NCBI GenBank assembly: GCA_016212475.1
Contig: JACRGC010000016.1
Span: forward strand, 9,824 to 73,823
DNA length: 64,000 nucleotides
Source of the DNA: Candidatus Micrarchaeota archaeon
GTDB taxonomy: Archaea; Micrarchaeota; Micrarchaeia; Norongarragalinales; SBBD01
Direction: 5' to 3'
Positions 37,858 through 47,830 of this stretch are shown piece after piece; position 1 is the stretch's first letter, and every line of letters begins with the position of its first letter. The translations under genes were made by a program, and so were the position numbers. The notes beneath the pieces were generated by a model. The model was not told the origin of the DNA. It saw only the letters and a program-made list of their open reading frames with translations, and did no database searches.

Positions 37858-38478
37858 TCACCTTGTTTTTTTCTTCGAATCTTCCAATACTTTTGCGAAT
37901 CCAATTTTTGATATATTCCTAATTGCTTGCCTAAGGCCCCGCTCCTGTTTGACATTAACTGTATTTTTCTTTAAATTGCTGTCAAGATACCTAAGCCAGA
38001 TCTTTCCGGGTTCATATGATATTCGAATCCCCGGTGAATATGTGAGAGGTAATGCGAGTTTTCCATCCTGATTTCTTAATCCTTCAGAAAGCTTTAGTCC
38101 TAACCTTTGCAGCATCTGGGCATTTTCGAATTCTTTCTTTGTTTTTTTGTTATATTGGCTTTTCATAATCCTTGGCAGCCTTTCCTTTGGGTATTCCAAA
38201 TAATTTGCCAAGGAGTCCCGTGCACTTTTCAAATCTCCCATAGTGGCTGGAACTTTCCTGATTTTACCGTTTGCATCAGAATATCTGTTGAATTTCATGT
38301 GGAAAACGATTTCAGTTGGGCTTTTCCTCTCAACCCTTACCGGATCGATTTTTCTTGCATCCATTTCAAGTATTTTAACTGCTTTTTGGAATGCCACTAG
38401 TTTTTGGGATTCAATTTCTGCCCGCCTATCCCTTGCAATTGACATATATGGGCGACCAACTGGTTTTTCTCTTGGCAT
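37858..38478 (-). CDS. Hypothetical basic protein (first gene of the 4-gene operon)
   Basis: 206-aa ORF. Its stop lies 5 nt upstream of the paralog B start. Confidence 0.55.
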   Translation of the reverse strand: MPREKPVGRPYMSIARDRRAEIESQKLVAFQKAVKILEMDARKIDPVRVERKSPTEIVFHMKFNRYSDANGKIRKVPATMGDLKSARDSLANYLEYPKERLPRIMKSQYNKKTKKEFENAQMLQRLGLKLSEGLRNQDGKLALPLTYSPGIRISYEPGKIWLRYLDSNLKKNTVNVKQERGLRQAIRNISKIGFAKVLEDSKKKTR

Positions 38479-38571
38479 AAAATCACCTATCTCTTAACCT
38501 AATTTAGATTTATTAATCGCTTCCTTAGCAACTCCTAATCCCTCCTTAGCACTAAATGCTTTCCGTTTTCC

Positions 38572-38964
38572 TCAAACTTCCGTAACAATCAGTTCCCTTT
38601 TCCTCTCGCGGAATAAAATCTCATGCCGATCAAAAAAATCCTCCCTTCCAATTATGTTAAGCGGAAAGCTAAATGGCCGGACAAAAGCAACTTTGCATTG
38701 GAAGAAATCATCAAATAAACGCATTTCAAGGGAATATTCGTGCCCTTCCGAAACCGAGCTAAGCCCAGTTATTGGCTTTTTTGGCGAGCGTTCAAGTGGT
38801 ATTCCAAGTTCATTTGCAATTTCATGCCTAAGCAAAGTTACCGTTGAACCTGAATCAACCAGCGCATCAAAAGAAACCGATTTATTCAATCGTTTAACAG
38901 TTACCGGAAGCGTCGGGTATAGCTTGCCATTATGTTCCCTGTAAATGAAGGTTTGGGAAGCCAT
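38572..38964 (-). CDS. Retropepsin-like (clan AA) aspartic protease
   Basis: ALVDSGSTVTLL and NIIGREDFF. 130 aa. Confidence 0.8.
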   Translation of the reverse strand: MASQTFIYREHNGKLYPTLPVTVKRLNKSVSFDALVDSGSTVTLLRHEIANELGIPLERSPKKPITGLSSVSEGHEYSLEMRLFDDFFQCKVAFVRPFSFPLNIIGREDFFDRHEILFRERKRELIVTEV

Positions 38965-38978
38965 CGGAAATCAGCTCC

Positions 38979-39194
38979 TTAAAAAGTTAAGCTATAATTG
39001 TCAACTTTGCTTGGTATTGCAGTAAACAAAGGTTCCTTTGCATTTTTTACTGCCGGAAGCAATTTTAGTTCTTTGAGGGAATTGGCAACCCCTAATAGTT
39101 TGGATTCTCCAACAGCAATCCATTTGCCGGCATACTTATCCATTCTCTTGCTATTCTTTGCAAGCCAGTTGTGTGCAGTAATAAGATGGTTCAT
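38979..39194 (-). CDS. DUF5678-like small protein
   Basis: 71 aa. YAGKWIAVGESKLLGVANSLKEL. Lies directly upstream of the protease gene, the same order as the 30519-31161 module. Confidence 0.6.
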   Translation of the reverse strand: MNHLITAHNWLAKNSKRMDKYAGKWIAVGESKLLGVANSLKELKLLPAVKNAKEPLFTAIPSKVDNYSLTF

Positions 39195-39256
39195 ATATTC
39201 CGCCTATACTTTGTTATCCCATCCAACCTATTTAAATCATTCAGCCGAAATGACCC

Positions 39257-40516
39257 CTATGCTTTGCTTTTATTAATCGCATCTTTAGCAATCCTCATCC
39301 CAACCTTAGCTTTTTGCATATCTTCCCCTTCCGAATTGATCCTAACCTTTGGCTCCGTTGTGGATTGCCGGATCAGCAAGGTGTAATCTTCAAAAATCGC
39401 CTTGATCCCATCAATTGTTTCTATTTTTTCCGCATCTTCTTCTAGCAGTTCCTTTAGCTTTTCAAAATCAACCCGGTGCCAAATCTCCTCCTTTATTGTG
39501 ATGTTCTTGAATTGCTGTGAAAATTCCAAGAATTCGCCGTTTTCATGGGTTGAAAGTGCAGCAGAAGCGTAAATGCCATCCGAATTTGAGCTATGGTTGT
39601 AAAATGTGAAATGGCCGGATCTTTCAGCTGAAAAAATAGCGCCAACTTGCAGGGCTTTTTCAACAACATATGCATCCCCAACTTTGCTGGTAATTGCCTT
39701 AAGCCCAAGATCGGAAACTTTTTCAAAAACCTCCTGCCGGCAATCAATGCTAAGAACAATTGCATCCCCCCTTTTGAGGTGATATTCGGCAACAAATGCA
39801 GCAGTAATATCCCCTTCAATCAATTTTCCGGAATCGCAAATCTGCAATCTATCCCCATCCCCATCGAATGCAAACCCTAACTGCCTATCCTTGATGGTTA
39901 ATTTTCTCAGATCAACCAAAGTATCCTCCTTTGGCTCGGGTGAATGCAATTTGAATTCCGGATCCGGAGCATTGTAAATGGATTTTGGGAATAATTCCTT
40001 AAGCCCGCAAACAGCTCCGCCAGCCAAATCAAATATTCCCGATCCAATTTCAGGGATTGAATCCAAATAGTTATCAACATGCTCTTTTGCACTCTCTGCA
40101 TTGATGTTGTATTTTAGCGGCCTTTCTTCTTTTGGATGTTTAATTCCATCCTTCATATCCTTTTCAATTTTTTCGTATTCTTTTTTGATCCCTTGCATTT
40201 CATCCTTAGTGATGTAAGTCCCTTTCCGGAAAAATTTAGCCCCTGAATAATCCGATGGGTTATGTGAAGCAGTTAGCATCATCCCAAAGCCAACAGAAGA
40301 ATAAGCAACTAGGGGAGTTGGCACAGCTCCAAGAAAAAGCATATCCTTTTGGAAGCCATAAGAAAAAGACTTAAGCAAAGCTCCATTGTTCTTCCTAAAA
40401 TCCATCCCGGCAATTACTCCATCCTCCTTTTTGGAAACGGCTTTCCCAAGAAGGAACATTTTCTCCTCATTTATTTCGGATGGATATTTCCCGCGGATGT
40501 CGAGTTCCTTGAACAT
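39257..40516 (-). CDS. glmM: Phosphohexomutase (phosphoglucosamine/phosphomannomutase family)
   Basis: Active-site LTASHNPSDYSGAKF, Mg site FDGDGDRL, sugar-binding loop SGHF. The exact substrate cannot be resolved from the sequence. Confidence 0.85.
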   Translation of the reverse strand: MFKELDIRGKYPSEINEEKMFLLGKAVSKKEDGVIAGMDFRKNNGALLKSFSYGFQKDMLFLGAVPTPLVAYSSVGFGMMLTASHNPSDYSGAKFFRKGTYITKDEMQGIKKEYEKIEKDMKDGIKHPKEERPLKYNINAESAKEHVDNYLDSIPEIGSGIFDLAGGAVCGLKELFPKSIYNAPDPEFKLHSPEPKEDTLVDLRKLTIKDRQLGFAFDGDGDRLQICDSGKLIEGDITAAFVAEYHLKRGDAIVLSIDCRQEVFEKVSDLGLKAITSKVGDAYVVEKALQVGAIFSAERSGHFTFYNHSSNSDGIYASAALSTHENGEFLEFSQQFKNITIKEEIWHRVDFEKLKELLEEDAEKIETIDGIKAIFEDYTLLIRQSTTEPKVRINSEGEDMQKAKVGMRIAKDAINKSKA

Positions 40517-40519
40517 AAT

Positions 40520-41305
40520 TTATCCTAATTTTTTTACCCTGCGGTTAACCCTTGCAAATATTTCCTTTCGAGCGCTTTGTGGGATGTTTCCCATGCCCAG
40601 TCTAGCTGCAAGTATATCGAATTTTTCCTTGTTGTGTCCATCTTGCAAAGCATGCAGGATTGTGTAGAAATTTTTATCATATTTCTGGATCTTAACCATT
40701 GTCCCTTCATTCATTCCCTTCATCATTTTTTCAATATGGGGGGCGGTATCCGGATTTTTTGCAGCCTCCTTTACAAGGCCGTTTAGGATCCGAGCCTCTT
40801 TTTTTGGATGATCCAAATTCGTAAATGGAAACGTCGCCAATATGTTGTACATTTTTTCCGTTCCCCTAACCGCCAAGGGTGCATGTTCGCCCCTAATAGC
40901 AGCCCCAAGTAATTTGCCAAATATCATCTGAGCTGGAATCGTGTGCCTAAGGGTTGCGCCAAGTTCGTTTTTCCTTCTTTGGGCCATTTCCTTCAGGGCT
41001 CCAATTTGCAAGTTGGAGTGTGTATTTGTTTTTGCTTTTTCTAAATCGGCCCTGGAGGGCTTGCCTGAAAGTGAATCCAGATGCCCATTTAAGACTCTAT
41101 TTTCCAACTGATCCAAATAGGATATAATATGATTGAGCGCAATTCTTCTATTTTCCACAGTAGTTGCATTCCGATGCAAATTCGCCAATTTTCCAGCTAA
41201 ATTCGAATGTTCCAATCCCCTAGCTTTCCAAAGCCCCTCCCCAATTTCATTGATTGTTTTTCTTTCAAGGATGCTTGCTTTTGATGCTTCTGAAAGTTTT
41301 GCCAT
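40520..41305 (-). CDS. Hypothetical protein
   Basis: 261-aa ORF, predicted helical. I recognise no motif. Confidence 0.55.
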   Translation of the reverse strand: MAKLSEASKASILERKTINEIGEGLWKARGLEHSNLAGKLANLHRNATTVENRRIALNHIISYLDQLENRVLNGHLDSLSGKPSRADLEKAKTNTHSNLQIGALKEMAQRRKNELGATLRHTIPAQMIFGKLLGAAIRGEHAPLAVRGTEKMYNILATFPFTNLDHPKKEARILNGLVKEAAKNPDTAPHIEKMMKGMNEGTMVKIQKYDKNFYTILHALQDGHNKEKFDILAARLGMGNIPQSARKEIFARVNRRVKKLG

Positions 41306-41363
41306 AATCAGTTTATCCCATTAACTGTTTAAAAAACCGTCCGCTTGGCCGAACAAATTCATG

Positions 41364-44300
41364 TTAAGCGTATTCTGCAAGGCTGAATTGCTTCACCTTC
41401 TGATCCTCGAAAATGCTCTGGATCTCGCGCTCAATTAGCATCAGCCTCTGCTTTAGATAGTTTGGAAGCTCGTATTTGTCGACCAGCGATTTGGAAAGTT
41501 CCAAATATTTGATGATCCCTCCCTTATTCACCGTCAGGAGCAGTTTGCCTCCGCATCTTGAGCATTTCCCAACCAATGGCACCCTCCTGAATTTAGCGGT
41601 GCAATCAACGCACCTGAACTTTTGCTTTGAAAACCTTCTCAAGTTGCCATAAAGATCCGGGAAGAAGTGTGAAAGAATGATTCGCTCGCAGGCATTTCGC
41701 ACATCAACTGCATTGATTCTTCCCATCAATTCAAGCTCCTCATCCACCTTCTCCTTCATGTTTGTCAGCTGAACGTACCTAGTTTCCGTTGGTCCTTCCA
41801 ATTTGGCAAAATGCGTATAGTTGATGTTCTCATATTGGGCGTTCGTTTCAAGCCTATCCCCTATTTTTTCAATTTTAACCTCGGATGGTGCGACCATTCG
41901 TTGCGTTGCCTCATAAAATTCAAGCGGATAGCTAGGAACACAATCCATCGCATGCGCCTCATCATCAATTTCATTCGGGTCCAAAATTGTTGTCAAAACC
42001 AAAAGCGCATCCATCTGCCCGCCCCGAGTCTGCGGCAAATAGAATTTGGAAAAGTTGATCAGCGCGTCCATGAGCAGAATATATGAAAGCTCATCCCCAT
42101 CGCAATTCCTTCTAGCTGCGCAGTGCAAGAACGGATGCGCAATAACTCCTCGGATATCCGAAAACCCAATAATCCTGCACAAAATCCCAGCTGAAGTGTG
42201 CGGAGCAATTCCAATTGCAAGTTTTCCAATCATATCCTTTCTGGTTTCCGCCTTGTAATACGCTTTCATCCCGTACTGGTAAACCAAAAGATCATCCATG
42301 AATTTTGAAATCCTGACAAAATAATCCCCAGCGTACTCCGAAAGTATGATGTCTTGCGCTTTCATCTCAACTACCTGATCTAGGGAAACAATCGCCTTTC
42401 CATCAACATCAATTTCATACCCAAGCTCCCTGACCTGTTCGAGGGCGATTCCAATTTCAGATGGGATGAAATGCGTTGTTGGAATTTCCGTTGCATCAAA
42501 CCTGCAAGTCCCATCTCGAAACACTGAAAGCCCATGCTTTGCGCGAAGCAATCCCTTCTCAATTGATTCGGGAGTTCTAGTTGCCGAAATCAATCCCTGA
42601 ACGCCCTTGATTTCCTCGCCCCTATATTCGGTCTTCAAAACCGCTTTTTCAAATTCTTCTGAAAAATTAATCACAGCCTTTTCATATTTTTGCATGGTCG
42701 AGTGGCATTTATAGCACATATTCTCATCCGCTCCTCCAACCCTTCCGCATTTTTCATTCATGCAACGCGACCTTCTTTCGGCTATTTCATTGCACGTCCT
42801 GCAAATCCTCCCAAACACTTTTTTTCCGCAAATTGGGCAGATGGAAATTTCAGTTTCAATTTCAATCATCCCATTCCCCTTTTCCTTAAGCATCTTGTTT
42901 GCCTTCATAAGGCCCCTAAGCTTTCCTCCCCACTCCCCAATTGGAAAAAGGGACTGGACAGGCGGCTTCATTTTCCTCTCCTTTGCTTTTTCGGGCCTTC
43001 CAAGGCTTGCCCCGATGTAAATCCCAACCTTCTTTTGAATTTTGATTCCGGATAGCAAATTGACAAGCTCCATTGCATCCATCCCTTCCTTGTAAATTTC
43101 ATTGAACCGGTTCATGGATAAATTATCCTGGTAAATCCCAAGCGTTTTCAGAAGGGCTAGCGCGTTGTTTTTTTCAATAATGATGGTATTATTTTCAAAT
43201 TTGTGCGGAATGCAAAGCTTTTCCAAAAGATCCTTCCTATTTGGCTTCCCATCCAAAATTCCAAGCCTAAATCCCTTGAAATCAAACCATTCCTTTTGCA
43301 CTTTTCCTTCAGTTAAAAACTGTGCAAGATTCTTCATTTCCTCAGAAGTCAAATCATGCCAATGGAACGTGTATTTTGGGGCAAGCGCAATCTGGTGTTT
43401 TTTTGCAAGTGAAAACGCCTCATCATAGCTCATTGCTTTTAGCTGTGCATCAGTTTTTTTATCCCCCTTCGATTCAAGCTCGGCTCCATACCACTCATCG
43501 CACCAAGCCGATAGGACAAGAGGATGGTTGCTTTTCAAAAAATCGCCATAGTTTACCAAAAGATCGCCCAAAAACAATATTTTGTCAACTTGCGAGTGCA
43601 TTTCAATTGCTTCCTTTTCAGTTTCTAGCTGCCTGACCTCCCCTGATTTCAATTTCACAATCGGCCCATCAATTGAACTGCAAGGAGTTACTATGCATCC
43701 CTTCCCGGGCCGCTCGATTTTCATCTGCGTCCCAAATGCCAAAAAACTGTTCAATAGCCGCATGGTTGCCGGATGCACCGCCTTGCTTGCAATCCCTGTA
43801 AATCTGGTCCTGCCATAGCGCATCCTAAAGCCCCCAGCCTGCATTGGGTATGCAAAAATCGGCCTTCCTGCAACGATTTCATCAATGTATTTTGTCATGG
43901 GCTTCATTTCCATGGTGGTTGCTGCTTTCTTTGCAACCTTGATGAGCGCTTCAAGCCATTCCCATTGAAGATGGAATTTTTTTGAAAGCTTCAAAACTTT
44001 TGCAGCTTTTAGGCAAATCCCTTCGGAGACAACAAGGCACATTCCCCCCCTTACGCGATTGCTTTCGACATTATATGTGTCCTTGTTCACGTTTACCTCA
44101 TAATCCTCGGTTGGCTCTCCGGCTATGCAAACCGCGCAATTGGAAATGATGTGGCGGATTTCATCAGAGGTTGGCACGTACTGCCCCGCCCGCGTTTTAA
44201 TCGCATAAAGGTTGCTCTCTTCAATGTACCTTTCAATTTCAGTTTCCGATGGGCGGTAATTTGGGATTTTCAAAACCTGCCTTGCATAGTCGGCAAGCAA

Positions 44301-44792
44301 AACCGTAAATGCCTGTCCTGTCCCTCCGGCTCCCCTGATTGGTCCTGCAAAATAAACAGCTGCAAAATCCGTCCCGTCCTGGTTTTTCTTAAGTTTTACC
44401 TGCGAAATCCCTTCGATTGGCGCGCTCACAACCCCTTCAGTAAATATTGCAAGCCCTGTCCTAACCGCTTGCTCTAGGAGTTTTTCCTTCCGCTCGATTT
44501 CGGATGTGTATTTTGGATGGTACGCGCTCTCCTCGCAAATTTCGCGAACTATTTGGAAAATGATCTCCTCCCTGGTTTTTCCCTCGTTTATCTGCTCAAT
44601 CCTAGCCGCAATCCCAACCGGACCAACAAGTCCTTCAACCCTTGAGAAAATATCCTTTGCAGGCCGTGTTTCGATATGATCCGCGGGGTCGAGATGCTTT
44701 TCCCTAGCTTTGCTGGCTATATTCCAGCTCTCTGAAAATTTGAGCTCCAGCTCGGAAAAATATTCCTGCATTTTTTCGCTTGCTTGTGGCAT
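41364..44792 (-). CDS. polC: DNA polymerase D (Pol II) large subunit DP2
   Basis: The N-terminus (YFSELE...AREKHLDPADHIETRPAKDIFSRVEGLVGP) and Cys-cluster zinc fingers are typical of DP2. The ATG at 44792 lies 5 nt after the DP1 stop. No intein. Confidence 0.92.
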   Translation of the reverse strand: MPQASEKMQEYFSELELKFSESWNIASKAREKHLDPADHIETRPAKDIFSRVEGLVGPVGIAARIEQINEGKTREEIIFQIVREICEESAYHPKYTSEIERKEKLLEQAVRTGLAIFTEGVVSAPIEGISQVKLKKNQDGTDFAAVYFAGPIRGAGGTGQAFTVLLADYARQVLKIPNYRPSETEIERYIEESNLYAIKTRAGQYVPTSDEIRHIISNCAVCIAGEPTEDYEVNVNKDTYNVESNRVRGGMCLVVSEGICLKAAKVLKLSKKFHLQWEWLEALIKVAKKAATTMEMKPMTKYIDEIVAGRPIFAYPMQAGGFRMRYGRTRFTGIASKAVHPATMRLLNSFLAFGTQMKIERPGKGCIVTPCSSIDGPIVKLKSGEVRQLETEKEAIEMHSQVDKILFLGDLLVNYGDFLKSNHPLVLSAWCDEWYGAELESKGDKKTDAQLKAMSYDEAFSLAKKHQIALAPKYTFHWHDLTSEEMKNLAQFLTEGKVQKEWFDFKGFRLGILDGKPNRKDLLEKLCIPHKFENNTIIIEKNNALALLKTLGIYQDNLSMNRFNEIYKEGMDAMELVNLLSGIKIQKKVGIYIGASLGRPEKAKERKMKPPVQSLFPIGEWGGKLRGLMKANKMLKEKGNGMIEIETEISICPICGKKVFGRICRTCNEIAERRSRCMNEKCGRVGGADENMCYKCHSTMQKYEKAVINFSEEFEKAVLKTEYRGEEIKGVQGLISATRTPESIEKGLLRAKHGLSVFRDGTCRFDATEIPTTHFIPSEIGIALEQVRELGYEIDVDGKAIVSLDQVVEMKAQDIILSEYAGDYFVRISKFMDDLLVYQYGMKAYYKAETRKDMIGKLAIGIAPHTSAGILCRIIGFSDIRGVIAHPFLHCAARRNCDGDELSYILLMDALINFSKFYLPQTRGGQMDALLVLTTILDPNEIDDEAHAMDCVPSYPLEFYEATQRMVAPSEVKIEKIGDRLETNAQYENINYTHFAKLEGPTETRYVQLTNMKEKVDEELELMGRINAVDVRNACERIILSHFFPDLYGNLRRFSKQKFRCVDCTAKFRRVPLVGKCSRCGGKLLLTVNKGGIIKYLELSKSLVDKYELPNYLKQRLMLIEREIQSIFEDQKVKQFSLAEYA

Positions 44793-44797
44793 AATTT

Positions 44798-46294
44798 TTA
44801 TCCATCCCTGAAGTTCAAATGATTCAATTTTCCGGTTTTCAAATTGTAATATGGGAAAATGCAAGGCGTTGGCATGTGCCCAAGCCTTACCTGGTAATCC
44901 GTCCTATCCTGCCAAGTTCCCGAGTTTACAATCATGGTTCCGTTGTAATTTTCAATGTAGCCGTTCTTGTGAACGTGCCCGAAATGGAACATATCCGGGG
45001 TTTCTTCAATTACCATGTAATCGTTTGATTCGGGGACCAGCGGATCCTCCCCATAAAGCGGAGATAAGTGCCTCCTTTGCAAAAGCCCAACCGCGACTTT
45101 TTCAGGATGGTCGTAACCGTCCTTGTACATTTGCGTGTGGGAAATTATCCCATCAAGCGAAGTTCCGTGATACATCAAAAGCTCAAGCCCGTGGACCTTA
45201 TGCGCAGAAGGATTGCCAACAAAATGCAAATTCTTGTAATCCTTAACGCTTTCCCAAAACTCCTGCGGAAGCGCCGGCTGCGGCTCAGCAACCCTAACCG
45301 CGTCATGATTTCCTGGCGCAATAATGCATTCAATGTGCTCGGGGATATTTTTCAAGAACTCGCAAAAAATCTCATACTGCGTGTGGATGCTTTTCGTTAC
45401 CAGCTGCTTTTCCTGCGATGGGTAGACCCCAATCCCATCCACCAAATCGCCGGCAATGCTGATGTATTTGATTTTCCCTGCAATTTCTTGCTGCTCGGCA
45501 GTCCCCTTTCCATTAATGAACTCTAGGAATTTTTGGAATTGCCCTTGGAGGAAATATTTTGATCCGATATGCAAATCCGACAAGAAGCCGATGTAAACTT
45601 CCTCATCTGCAAGCCTTTTTGTCCTCTCCTGAAGCAATCTTCCGGGCCTAAGGAAATTCTTTCCAATCAATAGCGATGATTCGGCGTGGTAGACATCGAA
45701 TGCGACAACCTCATCATTTAGGATTTGCGAAGCATCGTAGAAAAGTTTCGAATCCTTTGGAATTAGCAGGTTGGCTGTAGTTTCATCATCCTCGATTTCA
45801 AAAAGCAGATGCCCGTTTTTTGTGACCCTCTTGTCATACACCATCGCAATAACGCGGCTCTCCTTGTTTTTGAGGAGGTTTTTCACATCCCTAATGGAAG
45901 AGAGCCCAACATTGCTTGCCATCCCGCGCAAATTCCTCCGATGCTTGTCAAATCTTGAGTTGAAATACCTAACAAAATCCTCAACGCTTCCGGTGCACCT
46001 TGAATTGCCGGTTATGTCATTTCGAATTGATAGCTCAAGCCTTGGTTTTATGCTTTTTGCAATCGGATCGTAAGAGGTTTGAGCAATCACTTCCACTTGC
46101 GTGACGTTTTGCGAAACCCGATTGCTTTCAATGATATCGACAATTTGCTCTTTTGTTGCAACAAGGACATTGCGCCTTGAGAGTTCATCAATTATTTCAT
46201 TTGGGGAATCCAATTGCAAAAGTTCCATTAGCCCTTCGGGTGAAACCATCAGTTCCTTTTCCTTCAAAATTTTCAGGAGCTTTGATTTTTCCAT
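44798..46294 (-). CDS. polB: DNA polymerase D small subunit DP1 (exonuclease)
   Basis: Calcineurin-like motifs SDLHIGS, GDLVDGIG, GNHD and GHVH, with an N-terminal OB-like region. Confidence 0.9.
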   Translation of the reverse strand: MEKSKLLKILKEKELMVSPEGLMELLQLDSPNEIIDELSRRNVLVATKEQIVDIIESNRVSQNVTQVEVIAQTSYDPIAKSIKPRLELSIRNDITGNSRCTGSVEDFVRYFNSRFDKHRRNLRGMASNVGLSSIRDVKNLLKNKESRVIAMVYDKRVTKNGHLLFEIEDDETTANLLIPKDSKLFYDASQILNDEVVAFDVYHAESSLLIGKNFLRPGRLLQERTKRLADEEVYIGFLSDLHIGSKYFLQGQFQKFLEFINGKGTAEQQEIAGKIKYISIAGDLVDGIGVYPSQEKQLVTKSIHTQYEIFCEFLKNIPEHIECIIAPGNHDAVRVAEPQPALPQEFWESVKDYKNLHFVGNPSAHKVHGLELLMYHGTSLDGIISHTQMYKDGYDHPEKVAVGLLQRRHLSPLYGEDPLVPESNDYMVIEETPDMFHFGHVHKNGYIENYNGTMIVNSGTWQDRTDYQVRLGHMPTPCIFPYYNLKTGKLNHLNFRDG

Positions 46295-46477
46295 ATATTC
46301 TTACACCAAAATAAACGCAAAAAGAGCACTAGAGTTGAACGATTTTTCCCTCCCCCACTATTTATGGTTTCCCAAGTAATTTACAGTTTAGGTGTTTAAT
46401 TTGGCAAGTTTATTAAAACTAGCTAGCAGCAAAGCATTATATTAAGGGTTTTTCGCATCAAATTTGCGATAGTTTAT

Positions 46478-47500
46478 ATGCTAATACTTGGATTCGAAAG
46501 CACCGCCCATACCTTTGGCGCAGCAGTTGCCCTAAGCAATGCAAAAAAGGGCGAGGAGCTTTCCCCTAAAAATACGAAAATAATTGCAGAAAACGACAAA
46601 AAATACCCCTCCCTAAAGGAAGGCTTCATCCCAAGGAAACTAGCGGATTTCCATGCCAAAAATTTCGATGAAATACTTGGAAATACCCTAAAAACCGCAG
46701 GAGCTGCAATTTCAGATCTTGATGCGGTTTGCTACTCCTACGGCCCTGGAATTGGGCATTCGCTCCATGTTGGCTATGTTGCTGCAAAATCCATTTCGGT
46801 TTCAAGGAATATTCCGCTAATTCCGGTCAACCACGCCCTTTCACACATTGAAATTGCAAGGTTCCACTCCGGCTACAAAGATCCCCTTGCAATTTATGTT
46901 TCAGGAGGCAACACCCAGCTTTTGATTTTGGAAAAGTTCGGATCGCATGCCAAATATCGAGTGCTTGGGGAGACACTCGACATTGGTGTTGGCAATTTTT
47001 TGGACCATGTCGGAAGGCACTTCATGCTAACCCCTCCAGACGCTGTTGGCGTACTAAAGGAAGCCCAAAAAGGGACCCAACTGGTCGATATGCCCTATTC
47101 AATCAAAGGAATGAACACCTCCTATACCGGGCTGCTTACAACCGCAACAAAAATGGACCCAAAAAAAATCCCAATTGAAAATATCTGCCTCTCATCGCAG
47201 GAATATGCCTTTTCAATGCTGCTTGAAGCTTCCGAGCGCGCGCTTGCACTTACCGGCAAAAAACAAATTGTTGGGGTTGGCGGAAATTACAGGAATAAAC
47301 GGCTGCAGGAAATGACCCTTGAACTTGCAAAAGAGCAAAATGCGGTTTGCCATTTCCCCTCATTTGAGCTCCTTGGCGATAATGCCGGAATGATCACAAT
47401 AACCGGAGCTTTGCAGTTCCATTCGAATTGCTTTGATGAAACGCTTCTTCCAAATCAAAAAGCAAGGGCGGATGCGGAAAAGGTTGGCTGGTGGCTTTGA
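46478..47500 (+). CDS. kae1: tRNA N6-adenosine threonylcarbamoyltransferase Kae1
   Basis: ILGFESTAHTFGAAV, YGPGIGHSLHVG, SGGNTQLL and GDNAGMI. Not fused to Bud32. Confidence 0.92.
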   Translation: MLILGFESTAHTFGAAVALSNAKKGEELSPKNTKIIAENDKKYPSLKEGFIPRKLADFHAKNFDEILGNTLKTAGAAISDLDAVCYSYGPGIGHSLHVGYVAAKSISVSRNIPLIPVNHALSHIEIARFHSGYKDPLAIYVSGGNTQLLILEKFGSHAKYRVLGETLDIGVGNFLDHVGRHFMLTPPDAVGVLKEAQKGTQLVDMPYSIKGMNTSYTGLLTTATKMDPKKIPIENICLSSQEYAFSMLLEASERALALTGKKQIVGVGGNYRNKRLQEMTLELAKEQNAVCHFPSFELLGDNAGMITITGALQFHSNCFDETLLPNQKARADAEKVGWWL

Positions 47501-47700
47501 TTCATGCAAAAAATTAATAAAATTCCAAACCACCCGAAAGCACCCCTCGAATCGAATTAAAGCCTATTTTCCAATTTTTCTTAGTGTTGATAAAACCGGA
47601 GGTATTCCTCCAACTCCTAAAAAATAAAAGCAGAAAATTACGGTTTACTTCATAAGGGTGGTTCGGGGCAATCCGAAGAATATCTGTAAATTTCTTCATA

Positions 47701-47830
47701 GTTATAAGTAATCTTATAACAAAATATAACTATGTTGCTGGATATAGTTATACTTAATTACATAACTATAATGAAATGCATAATTTTAAATAGTTATAGG
47801 TATTTTCATATATGAGGGGTTATAACTATG
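47701..47830. promoter_or_regulatory. Array of five alternating TATAACTAT/ATAGTTATA 9-mers plus a GTTATAAG/CTTATAAC inverted repeat
   Basis: 9-mers sit at 47725(+), 47744(-), 47762(+), 47790(-) and 47821(+). The last overlaps the ATG of the AAA ATPase gene. The inverted repeat is at 47701-47720. Read directly. Confidence 0.55.

Noticed and set aside
47500-47700. A possible structured RNA in a 330-nt gap with no ORF. ACCACCC at 47543 can pair with GGGTGGT at 47657, and there is a GGAGG-TATT-CCTCC hairpin.
   Set aside because: These are only short complementarities. I found no recognisable C/D, H/ACA or tRNA-like motifs.
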